Notes: generated by a model not told the origin, from the sequence alone. Shown: positions 23,920 through 36,399, counted from the whole stretch's first letter. The stretch is 63,184 nt of DNA, filler included, from Dicyema japonicum (GCA_011109175.1; 7 parts of 7 records of this genome joined end to end with filler, not necessarily neighbours in it), one strand, 5' to 3'. Program-made: numbers and translations.

Positions 23920-24330
23920 ATAATATTTCAAATGAAACGAATGGTTATTTAGTAGCTTATGAATTCGAATAACTTGGATATCACTGCCTTACAAGAAACC
24001 AAACCTCCTCCTTCTAACAAACTACCCAACTATACCTAGCTATTTCTACACGAACACGATGGTGGTCTATTAATTATAATCACTAACAAAATAAAGTTTA
24101 GAATTACTGCTGAAGAATTCCCTAATTAATAACAAGATTATAAGGATGATATACATCTTAATCACCCAAACTCACACCAGAAACTCTAGGAGATCTGGTG
24201 ACTCTTTCACTTCTCAAGATATCAGTTTTTGCGCTCATAACCTCTCATAGATGCAGTATGAAAGGTCTTATATAATCTCTACTCAGACCAGAATTTGATC
24301 CAATACAAGCCTCTTCGGCTTTCTCGATTG
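23920..24330 (+). mobile_element. LINE APE-endonuclease remnant
   Basis: NLDITALQETK, HDGGL and TSQDISF remnants with many stops. Confidence 0.45.
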
Positions 24331-24829
24331 CCAAGATTAGCTTTTGCAAACTACAAAAATGCAAAAAAGAAGAATTGACCGGTTTTCGCTTGCCATGAAA
24401 AGGATCAGGCGAAGCGGATTTCCATCTTCCTTACAGACGTGAAGAAATCAGGAGCCACGACTACGGATCTTAGCTTCCATGATATTGGGTAGACTGTTGA
24501 TCCATTACGTTGGCAAAGCATACTGATTGTTTTCCGGTATATCTAGTTGACGTGCCTGAGAACTTAAATTAGAGTTAATTTTTGACTTGTTATTATCGAA
24601 TTTTTAAATAATATTGATATTTTTTTAAAATAATATTAATTTATTGAATAGCTTTTAGTTCTAGTGCTCTGAGAAATAACTAGATGTCTTCAATATTCGA
24701 TTTAACCTCTTAGAATTAATAGACATGGTAACACGTGGCTACATAGTAGAATTTTTAACATAGTTTTAAATATGTAAAATTAATAATTAATTAAGATAAT
24801 ATTTTATTATCTTGGGATTGTTTTCAAGA

Positions 24830-27020
24830 CAATAACGAGTAAATCAACTAATTAAGCGTATTTTAATCCAGATGTTGGTAATCCCTCTTCTTCTCTTAGA
24901 AGAAGAATGTGCCATAACCTCTCTGTTACTCCGCATCTCCACATCAGATTCAGTAAAAATATCTCCGTTAGAGTCCAGAGGGCTGTCCTCACGGCATGCC
25001 AGTTCAACAAGTTGGGAGGTACCAGAGGCGTACTCTTTATAGTATACCTTCATCGTATACCTTCATCCCATGCTTATGTTCAATGAGCATACTTTCGAGC
25101 GTTCTCTTCAGCACAACCGATTGGATGTAAGTCCTCGTTGATTCTTCAATAGATAATTTATCCATATGATTCTTGAAGCATCTTGAAACTACTCCATCCC
25201 ATGTCAAAACCACTGGAATAATCTTCACTTGGCATTCATAGAGCAGCGAAAGTTCATTTGCTAGCAAGTCATATTTGTGAAGTTTCTCAACTTCAACTTG
25301 CTTTAGTCGGTCTTGTGAGGTAATCCCCACTTCAATTAACGTTACTTCCTTCTTTATTTTGTCATACACAAAAATATCAGGTTTATTGTATTGGACATTT
25401 GTTTCTGTCAAAATCGACGTGTCAACTCTAATTTCGACATTTTGATTCGTCAATATTTACGAAACCGAATGTCCTTTCAATTTCCTGCTTCTTTTGATTC
25501 CATAAATTCGACAAAGATGAAGATAGATGCACTTTACCACTTCATTATGTCTTCGGAGATAATCACTATTTAGCATTTTACCACACTGAGTGGCCAAATG
25601 ATCAACAGTTTTCTTGTTTTTTTTACAATGGTTGCATAATGACCCCGTGAGTGCAAAAAACAAATTCCTATCTTGCAAAAGACAGTACAATGCTTCGCTC
25701 CGTGAGCCGTTATTTCCTTTGGATAACCATTCTGAGGAAGTATATAGGTCGACATTTGTTTCATTAATACATTTGAACATAATTGAGTGTAGTGTTCTGC
25801 AATAAATTTTATTTAATAAATATTTTTTCTGAGTGTCCTTGAGGGACTTAATATCCATGCTTTCCCTGTCGGCAATTGCATATTTAGAGCCAAGAAATCC
25901 TGCGATTGTAGCAAGTGCCATTTTTTTGTTTTTATTATGTCACATGGGCGGCGCGTAACGCATGGGCAGCCTGTTACATTTTTTCGACCTTGAAAAGTTC
26001 TTTGGATTATCCGACATTATTATTATTAATGTCGGATCACTGGGTCAAAAAGAAAGAAATAAAAGTTCTCATCTAACTAAGTGATCCCAGACCGACAAAG
26101 GTGAGGATGAGTCCCTCTTTGGATTATCCGACATTTAATTTTATATATCCGATTTATATCGTGATTTAATCCTGTTAAATTAGTTTTTTATTTATAAATG
26201 TTATGATTATAAAGATTTTATTTTTTTATAGCGGTAAACCTAGATTTCTAGCGTGATTTATAGCATGGAAGATTATTTTGTTGCAATGGCTTCTTACAAN
26301 NNNNNNNNNNNNNNNNNNNNNNNNNNNNNNNNNNNNNNNNNNNNNNNNNNNNNNNNNNNNNNNNNNNNNNNNNNNNNNNNNNNNNNNNNNNNNNNNNNNN
26401 NNNNNNNNNNNNNNNNNNNNNNNNNNNNNNNNNNNNNNNNNNNNNNNNNNNNNNNNNNNNNNNNNNNNNNNNNNNNNNNNNNNNNNNNNNNNNNNNNNNN
26501 NNNNNNNNNNNNNNNNNNNNNNNNNNNNNNNNNNNNNNNNNNNNNNNNTTTGATAGATAAAAAATTCGAAAGGAGAAATATCGACTGTATTAATGAGTAG
26601 ACTAAAAAAAGTTACTTAAATTTAATTTTTTGTGGTTAATAAATCATTTATAAAATTAATTGAAGTTAATCTTGGTTCAAGGTTATAAAATTAATTGAAG
26701 TTAATCTTGGTTCAAGGTTAATGTAACAGGCTGCCCATAGGTAACGCTTGGCCCATGTGACATATTACTCGCAGAATCCCCGACCTTCGCAAACACACAG
26801 TCGACTGTTTTTCCAAACTTTTAAGAAACTGGAAAAGTATTAATTCGCTCTTTAATGAAATCGAGGAAAGTCCTCTTCCAAAAGTCTTTTTGTCCAAATA
26901 CAGCCTCTCTTTATTTGCAGGTTTGAGGTGCAACTTGAGTGACGTAAGCAGTTGCCGTATTTGTTGGTCAATATCATCAAATTCGTAAGGTTCAATATTA
27001 ATTAATCCTATATAATATAA
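24830..27020 (-). mobile_element. R4/Dong-like non-LTR retrotransposon, 3' half, interrupted by a TIR element
   Basis: HLKPANKERLYL, CNHCKK..TVDHLATQC zinc knuckle, RRHNEVVK, and KPDIFVYDK...LIEVGIT...EKLHKYDLLA RLE domain. Confidence 0.88.
25938..26762. mobile_element. Non-autonomous TIR element with TGT...ACA ends and 5-bp TSD (Ginger-like MITE)
   Basis: ~43-bp imperfect inverted repeats (TGTCACATGGGC...GGGCAGCCTGTTACATT); TATTA at 25933-25937 and 26763-26767; internal N gap. Confidence 0.8.
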
Positions 27021-27029
27021 TCTTAGGTA

Positions 27030-27260
27030 ATAATAATTATTATCACGTCAACCGCGTGGCGCCATGTGGAGCTATGTGGTTAGTGTTTCAAAAATTATTT
27101 TCCCTCCATTTGATGGCGTCATTGGATCCACCTTACTGACGAGACGGCCAATGCCTGGCCAGCATCAAGAGGATCCAATATTCTTTCCCCGGAGTCAATG
27201 TCGTTACCTGGAGACAAGTTCTGGAGCGCTGGAACGAGTCAGGATCATGAGCTAGTAAGT
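27030..27260 (-). mobile_element. 3' end of an I/Ingi-group LINE family with GC-rich terminal hairpin
   Basis: ORF end QALAVSSVRWIQ* matches QALCASLVRWIQ* near 62640; followed by the CCACATGGCGCCACGCGG box and an AT-rich tail. Confidence 0.45.
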
Positions 27261-27397
27261 TTGGTTTCCTTGGTCTTTGGAATAAATTTAATTTATTATA
27301 TGTAATAGTATTTTATAATAGATTTACACCAATTTTGTCGGCATACCATAATTTTTGACAAAAAAATCAAAAAAGTAACCACACTAATCACGTTGTC

Positions 27398-28050
27398 TTG
27401 ATGCCTAACAAAGTTACTATAAAAAATACTCAAGAGTACAACGTCATAAAATACATCTTCGGAGCACGAGACCTGAATGAATCAGCAGCTCGGAAGTATA
27501 AACTTAAAAAGAAGGCAGACAACATTTTTTTGATAGACGGAGATTTCTATCTTGAAGATTCGTTATCTAATCACAGGTTCGTTATCGCCCAACCAACAGA
27601 GGAGATGCGGATAAATGCCGAAGCGATGCATGACGCTAACCATTCTGGACAAATACTTTGGAAGAATTGTTTGGAAATAGATTATGCTTCATTAAAATAT
27701 ACGTCAGGTGGAAGAGACTGCGATATATACCTGTCTGCAGTGCTACTGAAAAGTTACAACGATCTGAGTCATATTTTTTGTTATGTACCTAATGAGAGAT
27801 TTCTGATTGATTTGATTGACCTAAAAAGGTATAAAATTATGCTATTTCCAAGGTTTGGAATCAGATGTTCACGAAAATCCAGAATTTTTAATATAGAAGA
27901 ATTGGAAGATGTAGAAAAGTAAGATGATGAGTTGTAAAGCCGATGAGTTCCAGTATAACTTTGAAAGGGTAAACTTGAAGTCTTCGTATTATAGAAGAAT
28001 GAATAGGAAGATGGGAGTTCATCGATCAAAATATGAGTTAGATGTGGAGA
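27398..28050 (+). mobile_element. Ginger/TDD-like integrase remnant with internal deletion
   Basis: MHDANHSG (integrase H2C2-like region) and PNERFLIDLIDLKRY (start of an rve-like core); catalytic remainder missing. Confidence 0.55.
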
Positions 28051-28299
28051 TATTGTATCCTATTTTTAATTAGTTAAAGGTTCGTATTCAAAATTTTATC
28101 CCTCTCTTAGATTAAAAAAATTTGAACATCCGTATGGGAATCCAGTTACTATTGTCGAGAACTTGTCTAACAAAATTCAAAACCACCGAAAATATTAGTT
28201 AATTATCACTTTTTTAATTGTTAGTTTATCACTTTTTTAAGTGGTCTCAGTTAACTTTGATATTTTTTTGTAGCAACAGAATAAAACATTTTAAAAGTA

Positions 28300-28620
28300 A
28301 CAACTAACTAACACATCAACTCATCCAAAGTGGTCCCCGCCGACATTATCGACGTTGCGTTTCCTCTCACGATTTAAACAGAGATCAACTGGAGAAGCCA
28401 TCGGGTCTCACATGCGTCGTGGCTTTTTAGTGTAGCTAGGCGTCTATGTTTATTTAAAAAGCGAAGCGATCTCCCACTTATTACTCCAGTTGTCTTGACC
28501 ACAATGGGATAGAACGAAAATCAGTCTCGTAGCGCTTCGTATTTCATCTCCTTTCCCTCATCGCTTTTTTCGCTGCATGCTGTATGTATACCGCGCATCC
28601 GACAAGGTTGGATAGGTAAA
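28300..28620 (-). mobile_element. CRE-like LINE 3' terminal fragment
   Basis: KYEAL..FSFYPIVVKTTG...SLRFL...WLLQLISV.IVRGNATSIM terminal RLE motif. Confidence 0.6.
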
Positions 28621-29869
28621 GGGGGGATTATTTTTATTTTTGACATTGATTGACATAGATTGATCACTCTCAGAGCTCGTGACACATTAAATAATTAAGT
28701 AAATGACCCAGTAATGAGATAATCCAAACATGCGTGATCACAGAGTTTTGTTCAGTTTCACTTGACAATATTAATTTTCCCGGTAACCTTTCTTATATAA
28801 TTTATTTGCTGTAGTGCATCCAAGTTTAATTGTATAAATTTAATTAGTCTTAAACTGACTTTATGCAATTTCCGAAAACAGCAGTATTTGGATCATTTGT
28901 GAGCCCTCGAGACTTCCCTCAACGGAATTCACATTTTTAAGTCACATGATAATAGTTGTCCAAAATAATACGTACAAATTTTATTAATTTTCTCAAATTC
29001 GACTTTTTGAGAACCTGTCCCTTAGCTTGTGAGTGGATCCTAACTTATATGCTGAGACATATCTGACTTTTTACTAGAAATTTGATAATTATCTCAAATT
29101 GGACTTACTGAGTACGTGTCTGTGGATATTAGTCAATTAAACTATGAAAATATTGGATGTTCAATATTTTTAGCTAACATTGAAATTATTAATTTAAAAA
29201 AATTTGTCATTATTTTTTATATCTGAAAAATTCAAATAAAATCAATTTCCATCCAAATTTTATATTTATCAATTCTTCCATAAAGTTCTCAATAGTTGTA
29301 GCAACTGCTAGTGGAAAGGTCGTACATTGCATTCGATTGCCGTCACATGTGTCTCGATTAGTTGTCATTTCGATTCTCACACTGCTACATTTCTTGGTCA
29401 AAGTATTTTTTACTGTTCTGTGCCTTCTTATTGAGAAGTGTCATGTGATCCACCTCTCTAGAGAAACGCTCTCTGCACGGCTGACATCCCTAACAAATGA
29501 CTCTATTTCTAACTCCACTGTAAAGGTTCCTGATGTAAATAGACGTGATGGTTAGAAAAAAGCGTCTTACACAGACCGTGGAAACTAGATATTTCATAAT
29601 TATACGATAATTGACACTTAATCATTACCGGTATATTCAGGGCTATTAATAGAATCTAGATAAATTGAAATACATCTTTGTCACGTCACCTAAATTGAAA
29701 TATTGTTCAATTCCAGCACACTTTTTTGAAATTAATAGAAAAATCAAGCACCAGATGCCAAAAGATACAGGGGAATTACGCGGATAGTGGAAATTTCAAA
29801 ACCGTCTGAAAACTACCTCAGTTTAGGGGGTCTTGGGTTGAGACGTGATTGCATTCCAAATTTTATTGA

Positions 29870-30200
29870 TGACTTCCTTATTAATTCCTTATATTTCGGA
29901 AGCGATTGGGACGAAAGAGAAGCTATCTCCTGATCTACGTTCTTCTGCTTAATTGATATCATCCCTTAATGGGCTTCCTAGCTCTTTGCAGAAACACAGG
30001 AATCCATGACCATGGTTCCTCGTGGACTCTTCCAAAAAGTGGGGGTTGTAGTAGTGTAGGATGCAAACGTGTCTTTTTAGCGTGACATCACGCGATTCAC
30101 CTGTTATGGTGGCGTTCAGTTCTGGTTCTGCATGGAAAAGAACCGTTCGACATTCCTACTCCACCATGAACTCGTTTTGGGGAGCCAATGATCAGCATGA
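29870..30200 (-). mobile_element. Possible CRE-like LINE fragment
   Basis: RTERHH, PTLLQPP and FSFVPIAS remnants resembling 19183-19800. Confidence 0.4.
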
Positions 30201-30309
30201 CAGAACTGGTGACGTGGCTTTAAAAATTCAGCATAAAAACACAAGACTCAGTTGGGTGGCCTTAATCTACTCTCTTTTAACGTCAGAGGGATCTCGAAGA
30301 CATGGATGA

Positions 30310-31400
30310 GGAAAGCATTGTGAGATGATTTAAAGAAGTACCGCATCTCTATCGAATACTTTCAAGAAACGAAGATCTCTGATGGATGCTGTGAACACTA
30401 TGGAACCCATAAACTAATTCTCTTCCCGTGAATCGAAACATCACGGACAAGGTTTTGCGGTCCATGACCACCTTGTTCATCGAATACATCAATTTTGGAT
30501 CGTCAATGACAGGATCAGAGTCCTGCAAATCAGGATGAATGACATGTGCCCATCCTAAAGCTACATGATAATCATTAACGTGGATGCTCCACATGGTGGT
30601 AGATTTTTGAAAAAAACCTGGTGAACTTGATGACTTCTACTGTCAATTATTAAGGACTTAACTAGACGACAGATCGAATTGATTGCTTCTCATTTTGAAA
30701 GACTGCTCAATGCGAGGATACTGGAAATAATTATCACATCTGTCCCCTTCGTCTGAGAACCGCAGATGCTGGAAACAATTATCACATCTAAGCTTGCAGC
30801 AAGCTAAAGAATCACAGGAGTGCTAGACCGGATAGTATCTCCCCGGAACTGCTGAATTATGGACCTATACATCTCTTCGACATTATTTAATAGAATGTTT
30901 ATATTTAACTAATGGATGTCCTACAACAATTTGTGGACCAATCGATGCAAAGGATAATCCGAGTACTACAGTCTAGCACTGATCTGTTAATCAGGATTGG
31001 AAGAACTATATCCAGGCCTTTCAAAACTACAACCGGTGCTCCTCAGGGAAATTCTCTTTCCCTTACTGTCTGTGTCTATCTCGAAGCCGCACTAAGGGAA
31101 CTATAATGTGTTACGAAGTAAAAATAAAAAAAGTCGTGTACGTGGATTTCAAAAATTAAAAAAATAAATAATCACGGATCCAAGACAATTGCTTTTGAGA
31201 ATGGCGATTCCGACTCTCTGCATTCTGGTCTGTGACATAAAGTATTTTTAATATCTATTTTAATTTCATTCCGGAACATGGGGAACCTCAAAAAACGATT
31301 TAGAGTGCCTAGATACTTTCTAAAAAGCCAACTGCGATAACTGACTGGAATCTTCTGTCCGATAATAATCTCAAACGAGAAACTATATGCTCTAGGCGTG
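30310..31400 (+). mobile_element. RTE-like LINE, degenerate with internal deletions
   Basis: APE remnant (FQETKI...VNDRIRVL...INVDAPH), RT motif FKTTTGAPQGNSLS..VYLEAALREL, and C-terminal LDTF..SQLR..ISNEKLY. Confidence 0.75.
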
Positions 31401-31479
31401 GTGGCTTAGGCGTATTTGAATTGCATCAACCCGTCACTCACACGCGAAACACCGTGAATTTCATGAGTCAATCTTGAAT

Positions 31480-32313
31480 AGATAGCAATTCCGAATCCAT
31501 AATGCTTTGAATCACAGGGTTAAAATTAATTGATATTTTTCCATGATTCTCTTCGAGATGGAAACGTCACAGGTCTTTGATATACTCCTAGCGTTGAATG
31601 TGAGGAGCTGCAGAAGCTATGCATTCTTTTGTATCTTCTGCTATCTAGAGATTGTTATCAAATCGAGAAACGAGGCACATTATTTCCTTAGCAACTAGAG
31701 TTGAAAACCACGGTTTACCTAGATTAACGATCGAGGTGTGTGGAAGAGATTGACATTAAGAATTGTTTATTTTGCTACATGCGGTGTAAGAGGTATTTTG
31801 GCTTTTTTAAAAGTGCTTTAATGATAATATCACGCTAAAAAGAGGTTTTCATGGTTAGCTAGTAATAATAACGCGACAAAAAAGTGGAGCACTTTTACTG
31901 ACACTGGCGAGTCTATGAAAATCCCCATAAGTAGTACACCTGATTTTATTCTGATCAAGTTTCCTGAAGCTCTAGTCATGTGTTTAATTTTTGACGCATC
32001 CCTTTCAAATTCCTCTTTTTTGCTGATATAAGTTTAACTTTAAAAATTAAACTTTCTTAGTCAGAAACTTCATACATTAAAGATTCTTGCCCTGAGTTAT
32101 CAAGGCTGGCATGTTAATAACAAGCCATGTGCAACTCGAGAGACTTACAACAAGTATCTCTTCGAGAACCTTAATCAGCTTTGAAAACCTTTATCAGCTT
32201 CATCCTAGTATTTCTTCTAGAACTTTCATCAGCTTGTTTCTGTTTACTATGTAAAACCACTCGAATGGTCTATCCCCAAAATTTTTATTTGTCTTTTGTA
32301 TTTTTGTCACAAA
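31480..32313 (-). mobile_element. RTE-like LINE fragment, convergent with the preceding copy
   Basis: VNRNKLMKVLEEIL RT-region motif and degenerate downstream sequence. Confidence 0.5.
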
Positions 32314-32755
32314 NNNNNNNNNNNNNNNNNNNNNNNNNNNNNNNNNNNNNNNNNNNNNNNNNNNNNNNNNNNNNNNNNNNNNNNNNNNNNNNNNNNNNNN
32401 NNNNNNNNNNNNNNNNNNNNNNNNNNNNNNNNNNNNNNNNNNNNNNNNNNNNNNNNNNNNNNNNNNNNNNNNNNNNNNNNNNNNNNNNNNNNNNNNNNNN
32501 NNNNNNNNNNNNNNNNNNNNNNNNNNNNNNNNNNNNNNNNNNNNNNNNNNNNNNNNNNNNNNNNNNNNNNNNNNNNNNNNNNNNNNNNNNNNNNNNNNNN
32601 NNNNNNNNNNNNNNNNNNNNNNNNNNNNNNNNNNNNNNNNNNNNNNNNNNNNNNNNNNNNNNNNNNNNNNNNNNNNNNNNNNNNNNNNNNNNNNNNNNNN
32701 NNNNNNNNNNNNNNNNNNNNNNNNNNNNNNNNNNNNNNNNNNNNNNNNNNNNNNN

Positions 32756-34377
32756 ATGTTCGACTTCTTCCATAACATCGGGATGAAACACCTGTTGATA
32801 AAGAATTCGTAGATATCTTTAAGTGCCAAGAGCCCGTTTGGACCGAGGTGCTTTAGGTGGAATATGCTGATCCGATCGGGTCCCGTGGCTGGCGAGTTTC
32901 TTGAATTTGTAATGAAGTTTTGAACACGACTTATTGATACTTCAAATCGTTTCTTTGTTACCCTTGGGGGTTTAGTAATATGAGGTCGATTTTCTTTATT
33001 CATTGGAATATGACTCATTTTGCAACAGTGAGTCATCAAGTCATTTGCCTGGCAGTGGAAATCTTTCGTTTGGTTGTCCTTTCCAAGTCTACCTCCATGG
33101 GTTGTGCTCGATTCGGTTTGATTTGATTGTATTTCTCTGATAAATCTCCAGAAACTTTGGGGTTTTGATTTTGGATTCAATCGAGAGACGAAAGTGGACC
33201 ACTTCTCCTTTTTGAGCTCCGTAATGAGGTAGGTTATCTTCTTGTTTAGGGAAGAATTTTCATCTTGGAGTTGCTGGTTGGTTGTTCGGGAACGTTTTAG
33301 GCGTCTTCTCTCACAGATGAGATCCAATATTTCTTTGTTGAAAAATAGTTTGTAATCATGGATGAATCCTTTAGGGACGTGCTTTCTATCCGCCGAAAGA
33401 ATGGCTGAGTTGAAATGTGCAATGGCTTTGTCTGGAGAGGTAAAATTATTCACAGAGAAGTTTTCCAGCGACGTTTCAACTTCAACCGTAAAGTCGATCC
33501 ATCTCGCCCTTTTGTAGTTCACATAGGTTCGCCTCGACATAGTTCGTCCGAAATACAAGAAGATGTCGATCAGAATAGGGTTATGATCTGAGGGTAAGTC
33601 ATATCTGACATCCCAGTAGATCGATTTTGCAAGGGGAGCTGAGCATATGGAGAGGTCAGGAGACGTGTTAGGATCCCCAGGGCGTGTTCCACATTTAGTG
33701 TGTTGGCGGGGGTTATTCGATATCACTAGGTGTTCCAGTTCAGAGATCACTTGCTTCCCTCTGTGGTCCGAATTCTGGTTTCGGAACCATAGTGGATCTT
33801 TAGCGTTTAGATCGCCGCAAATAACTATGTTTTCGTATAGTTGAAGGAATTCTAGGTTTGTTCGGTAACTCTTCTGGCAGCAAGACGAAGGGGGAATGTA
33901 GATATTCAGAATTGTGTAAGGAGTTGACATAATATTGATGGTGATGGATAGCAATTCAATATGTTTATCAGAAGCCGCTGTCAATGTGTGGTCAGTGGTA
34001 TCCGTGAATGGGATGGAGTTGTGAATGAGTGTGACCAGGCCACCACCGTGAGATCCATTTGATCGCTCAGAACGGAGCAAAGAGTAGTATTTGAATTTTG
34101 TTGTTTGGGAGAAGGCAGACAAACGTGACTCCTGTAGAAGGGCAATGTCAATACGGTGTTTAACCAAGTACTCAGCCAATTCGGTATGTTTCGAGGTGAT
34201 TCCATTGATGTTAAGTTGTAAGATTCTGATGGGTCTATTCTGCGGCCCTGGGTTTAGTTCAATGTCACCGGATGTCAGGAGGGATTCTTGGGAGCGAAAG
34301 CTTCGTGCCCGCTCAATGGTCGCCATCGAGATCTCCTTGAAGAGAGACGATAAGGAAATAGTGTGGTTCTTTTTCAT
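32756..34377 (-). mobile_element. I/Ingi-group LINE ORF2 with N-terminal 2A-like peptide, APE endonuclease and start of RT; open until the gap
   Basis: LLTSGDIELNPGP, ILQLNING, LLQES, GGGL, CGDLNA, SPDLS, PSDHNPI, NYKRARW and SPATGPDRIS; no stop over ~540 codons before the gap. Confidence 0.92.
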
Positions 34378-34393
34378 GTGTAAAAGACGATAA

Positions 34394-35000
34394 CGGTAAG
34401 CTGATACTGAACACCAAAGAACAAACTGAAGCCATCGCGGCTCACTTTGAGAAGCTTTTCAACATCGAAACCATAGAAATCCACCCATTTGATGGAAGAC
34501 CAAGACCCCTGGAAATACCAAAAATCTATGACTCAATCAAAAAGGCATCGACACGAAAATGAGAATTTTATTATACGACTCATTCATAAAACCCGTACTT
34601 TTATAAAAGCTGGAACTTGGGCGACCTCATCAGCGGATATGGAAAAACTCGACTCGTTCCACGAGGTCAGCTGAGAAAAATAACAGGAACTACTTGGCCT
34701 ACGAGAATATTGAGGAATGCTTTATATAAGAGATGCAGCACTAGACCTATCAGCTAGAAGTACTGGAATCCCGATGGAAGCTCTTCGGACACGTGCTGAG
34801 GATTGAATTAACATCCCCACCTAACATATCGATGGAAACATACCATGTTAGTCAACAAGGCCGCTATCGTGGAAGACAAGAACAATACTGCAAATCGTCT
34901 TAAAAAAAGACATGGTCAATATCAAAAAAATCTAATAAATGCCGACGATATGGACATCATGAGAGCCTTGGCTAAAAACAGGTGAGCATGGAAAAGGATG
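34394..35000 (+). mobile_element. RTE-like LINE derivative lacking the RT core
   Basis: Linker segment (NGKLILNTKEQ..AAHFEKLFN) joined to the C-terminal segment (LYDSFIKP..MEKLDSFH..WKLFGHVLRI..RYRGR). Confidence 0.7.
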
Positions 35001-35119
35001 ACATCTAACCTTGTTTTTTTTGCTGAACATGCGGGGCTATAATTAGTATGGCTCTCGTAAAATGTTTAAATACATAATAAGCGTGTCGTATAGTTTGACA
35101 AGAATGATTCAGTGATACA

Positions 35120-35280
35120 TTACTCTTTCTTATCCAGATATTGTATTTTTTGAAGTATATAGTGGCCAAGATTTTCCTTGGACTAATATCCTCAGCGTCA
35201 CCTACTGAGCCGAGTTTTTTTGTATGTCTACAGAGTTCGTCAATCTTGATTTGGGTCGTTCAAATCGTCTGTAGTCAGTT
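35120..35280 (-). mobile_element. RTE-like RT fragment
   Basis: KKLGSVGDAEDISPRKILATIYFKKYNIWIRK. Confidence 0.5.
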
Positions 35281-35389
35281 TTTGTGAACGTCTGACTATA
35301 TATTATTATAGATATTAAATAAAAATAATAAAAAAATCATGTTAAAAATTTAAATAAAATAAAAATTGACCTAATAAAATTTAGATTAC

Positions 35390-35846
35390 ATGAACAGAAC
35401 TATTAATTTTATCATATTTATTCTGTTAAGCAAAATCGTCAAAATAAAATGCAATCGGAATTATTTATTAATTGATTCATATGTAATTTATAAGAATCCT
35501 TCTAAAGTATATATTTCATTAACTTTAGGAATATCCGTTATTTTGGTTAAATTGGAATACACATGTAGATGACTGGAAAACTTATAGAACGTATAATTTT
35601 TTTCAATATAATATAAATTTTACACTTATTCCACACTTCTACAGTGAGTTTTATACTATTGACTTTATAACAGAAATTGATTATGGTACGCTTTTTGTTA
35701 TACTAAGGTGGTAAACGTTATACAAATATTACAAAGATTCCTAAAACTAGATTTGGAGACTACTATCGATGTGGTTATACTCATATTAGTTTTTCGGATA
35801 ATATATCTGTTACATTTTATTCAATCAAGTTGCAATATCACGATAA
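35390..35846 (+). CDS. Orphan secreted or membrane protein, 5' part, with two 22-nt introns
   Basis: Signal-peptide-like MNRTINFIIFILLSKIVKIKC; introns 35507-35528 and 35686-35707 give a frame open to the scaffold end; N-glycosylation sequons NFT, NIT, NIS. Confidence 0.65.
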
Positions 35847-36399
35847 NNNNNNNNNNNNNNNNNNNNNNNNNNNNNNNNNNNNNNNNNNNNTTAATTAATT
35901 AANNNNNNNNNNNNNNNNNNNNNNNNNNNNNNNNNNNNNNNNNNNNTCTGACAGTTCATACAAATAACCGTAATCAAAAAAGGCTCGAAAATGGCCAATC
36001 ATCCATATAAGATTAATAATAAAAAGTCAACAAAGAGTTATCTGCTTGGCTCAGTGTTCTCTTTGAGATCACAGAAGTCTGCGATTCACGGAAACCACCT
36101 GTCACGGTCATCCTGCATTGTTTAAAGGAATTAAGGTTTCCTGAGTATTTGGTGGCAGTCATTGTCCTGTCACCCGTACACACCTTTTTATATAGTTCTG
36201 AATTTATTCCAAAATTAAATAATTGCGATAATGAGAAGTAACTCTCATTGCTTGCTCATTGCCTCCAGTCCATAATGGAGACCTTGCCATATCAACTAAC
36301 CTGTAAATTAATTATTAATAAAAATGTTTTATAAAAAAATTAATTTTTTAACTCAGAATACACCAGAAAAAAGTTAATAATTAGCAACTAATTAAAGAT

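Noticed and set aside
31385-31450. tRNA-derived SINE or tRNA gene (TGGCTTAG A-box-like)
   Set aside because: No B-box or cloverleaf visible.
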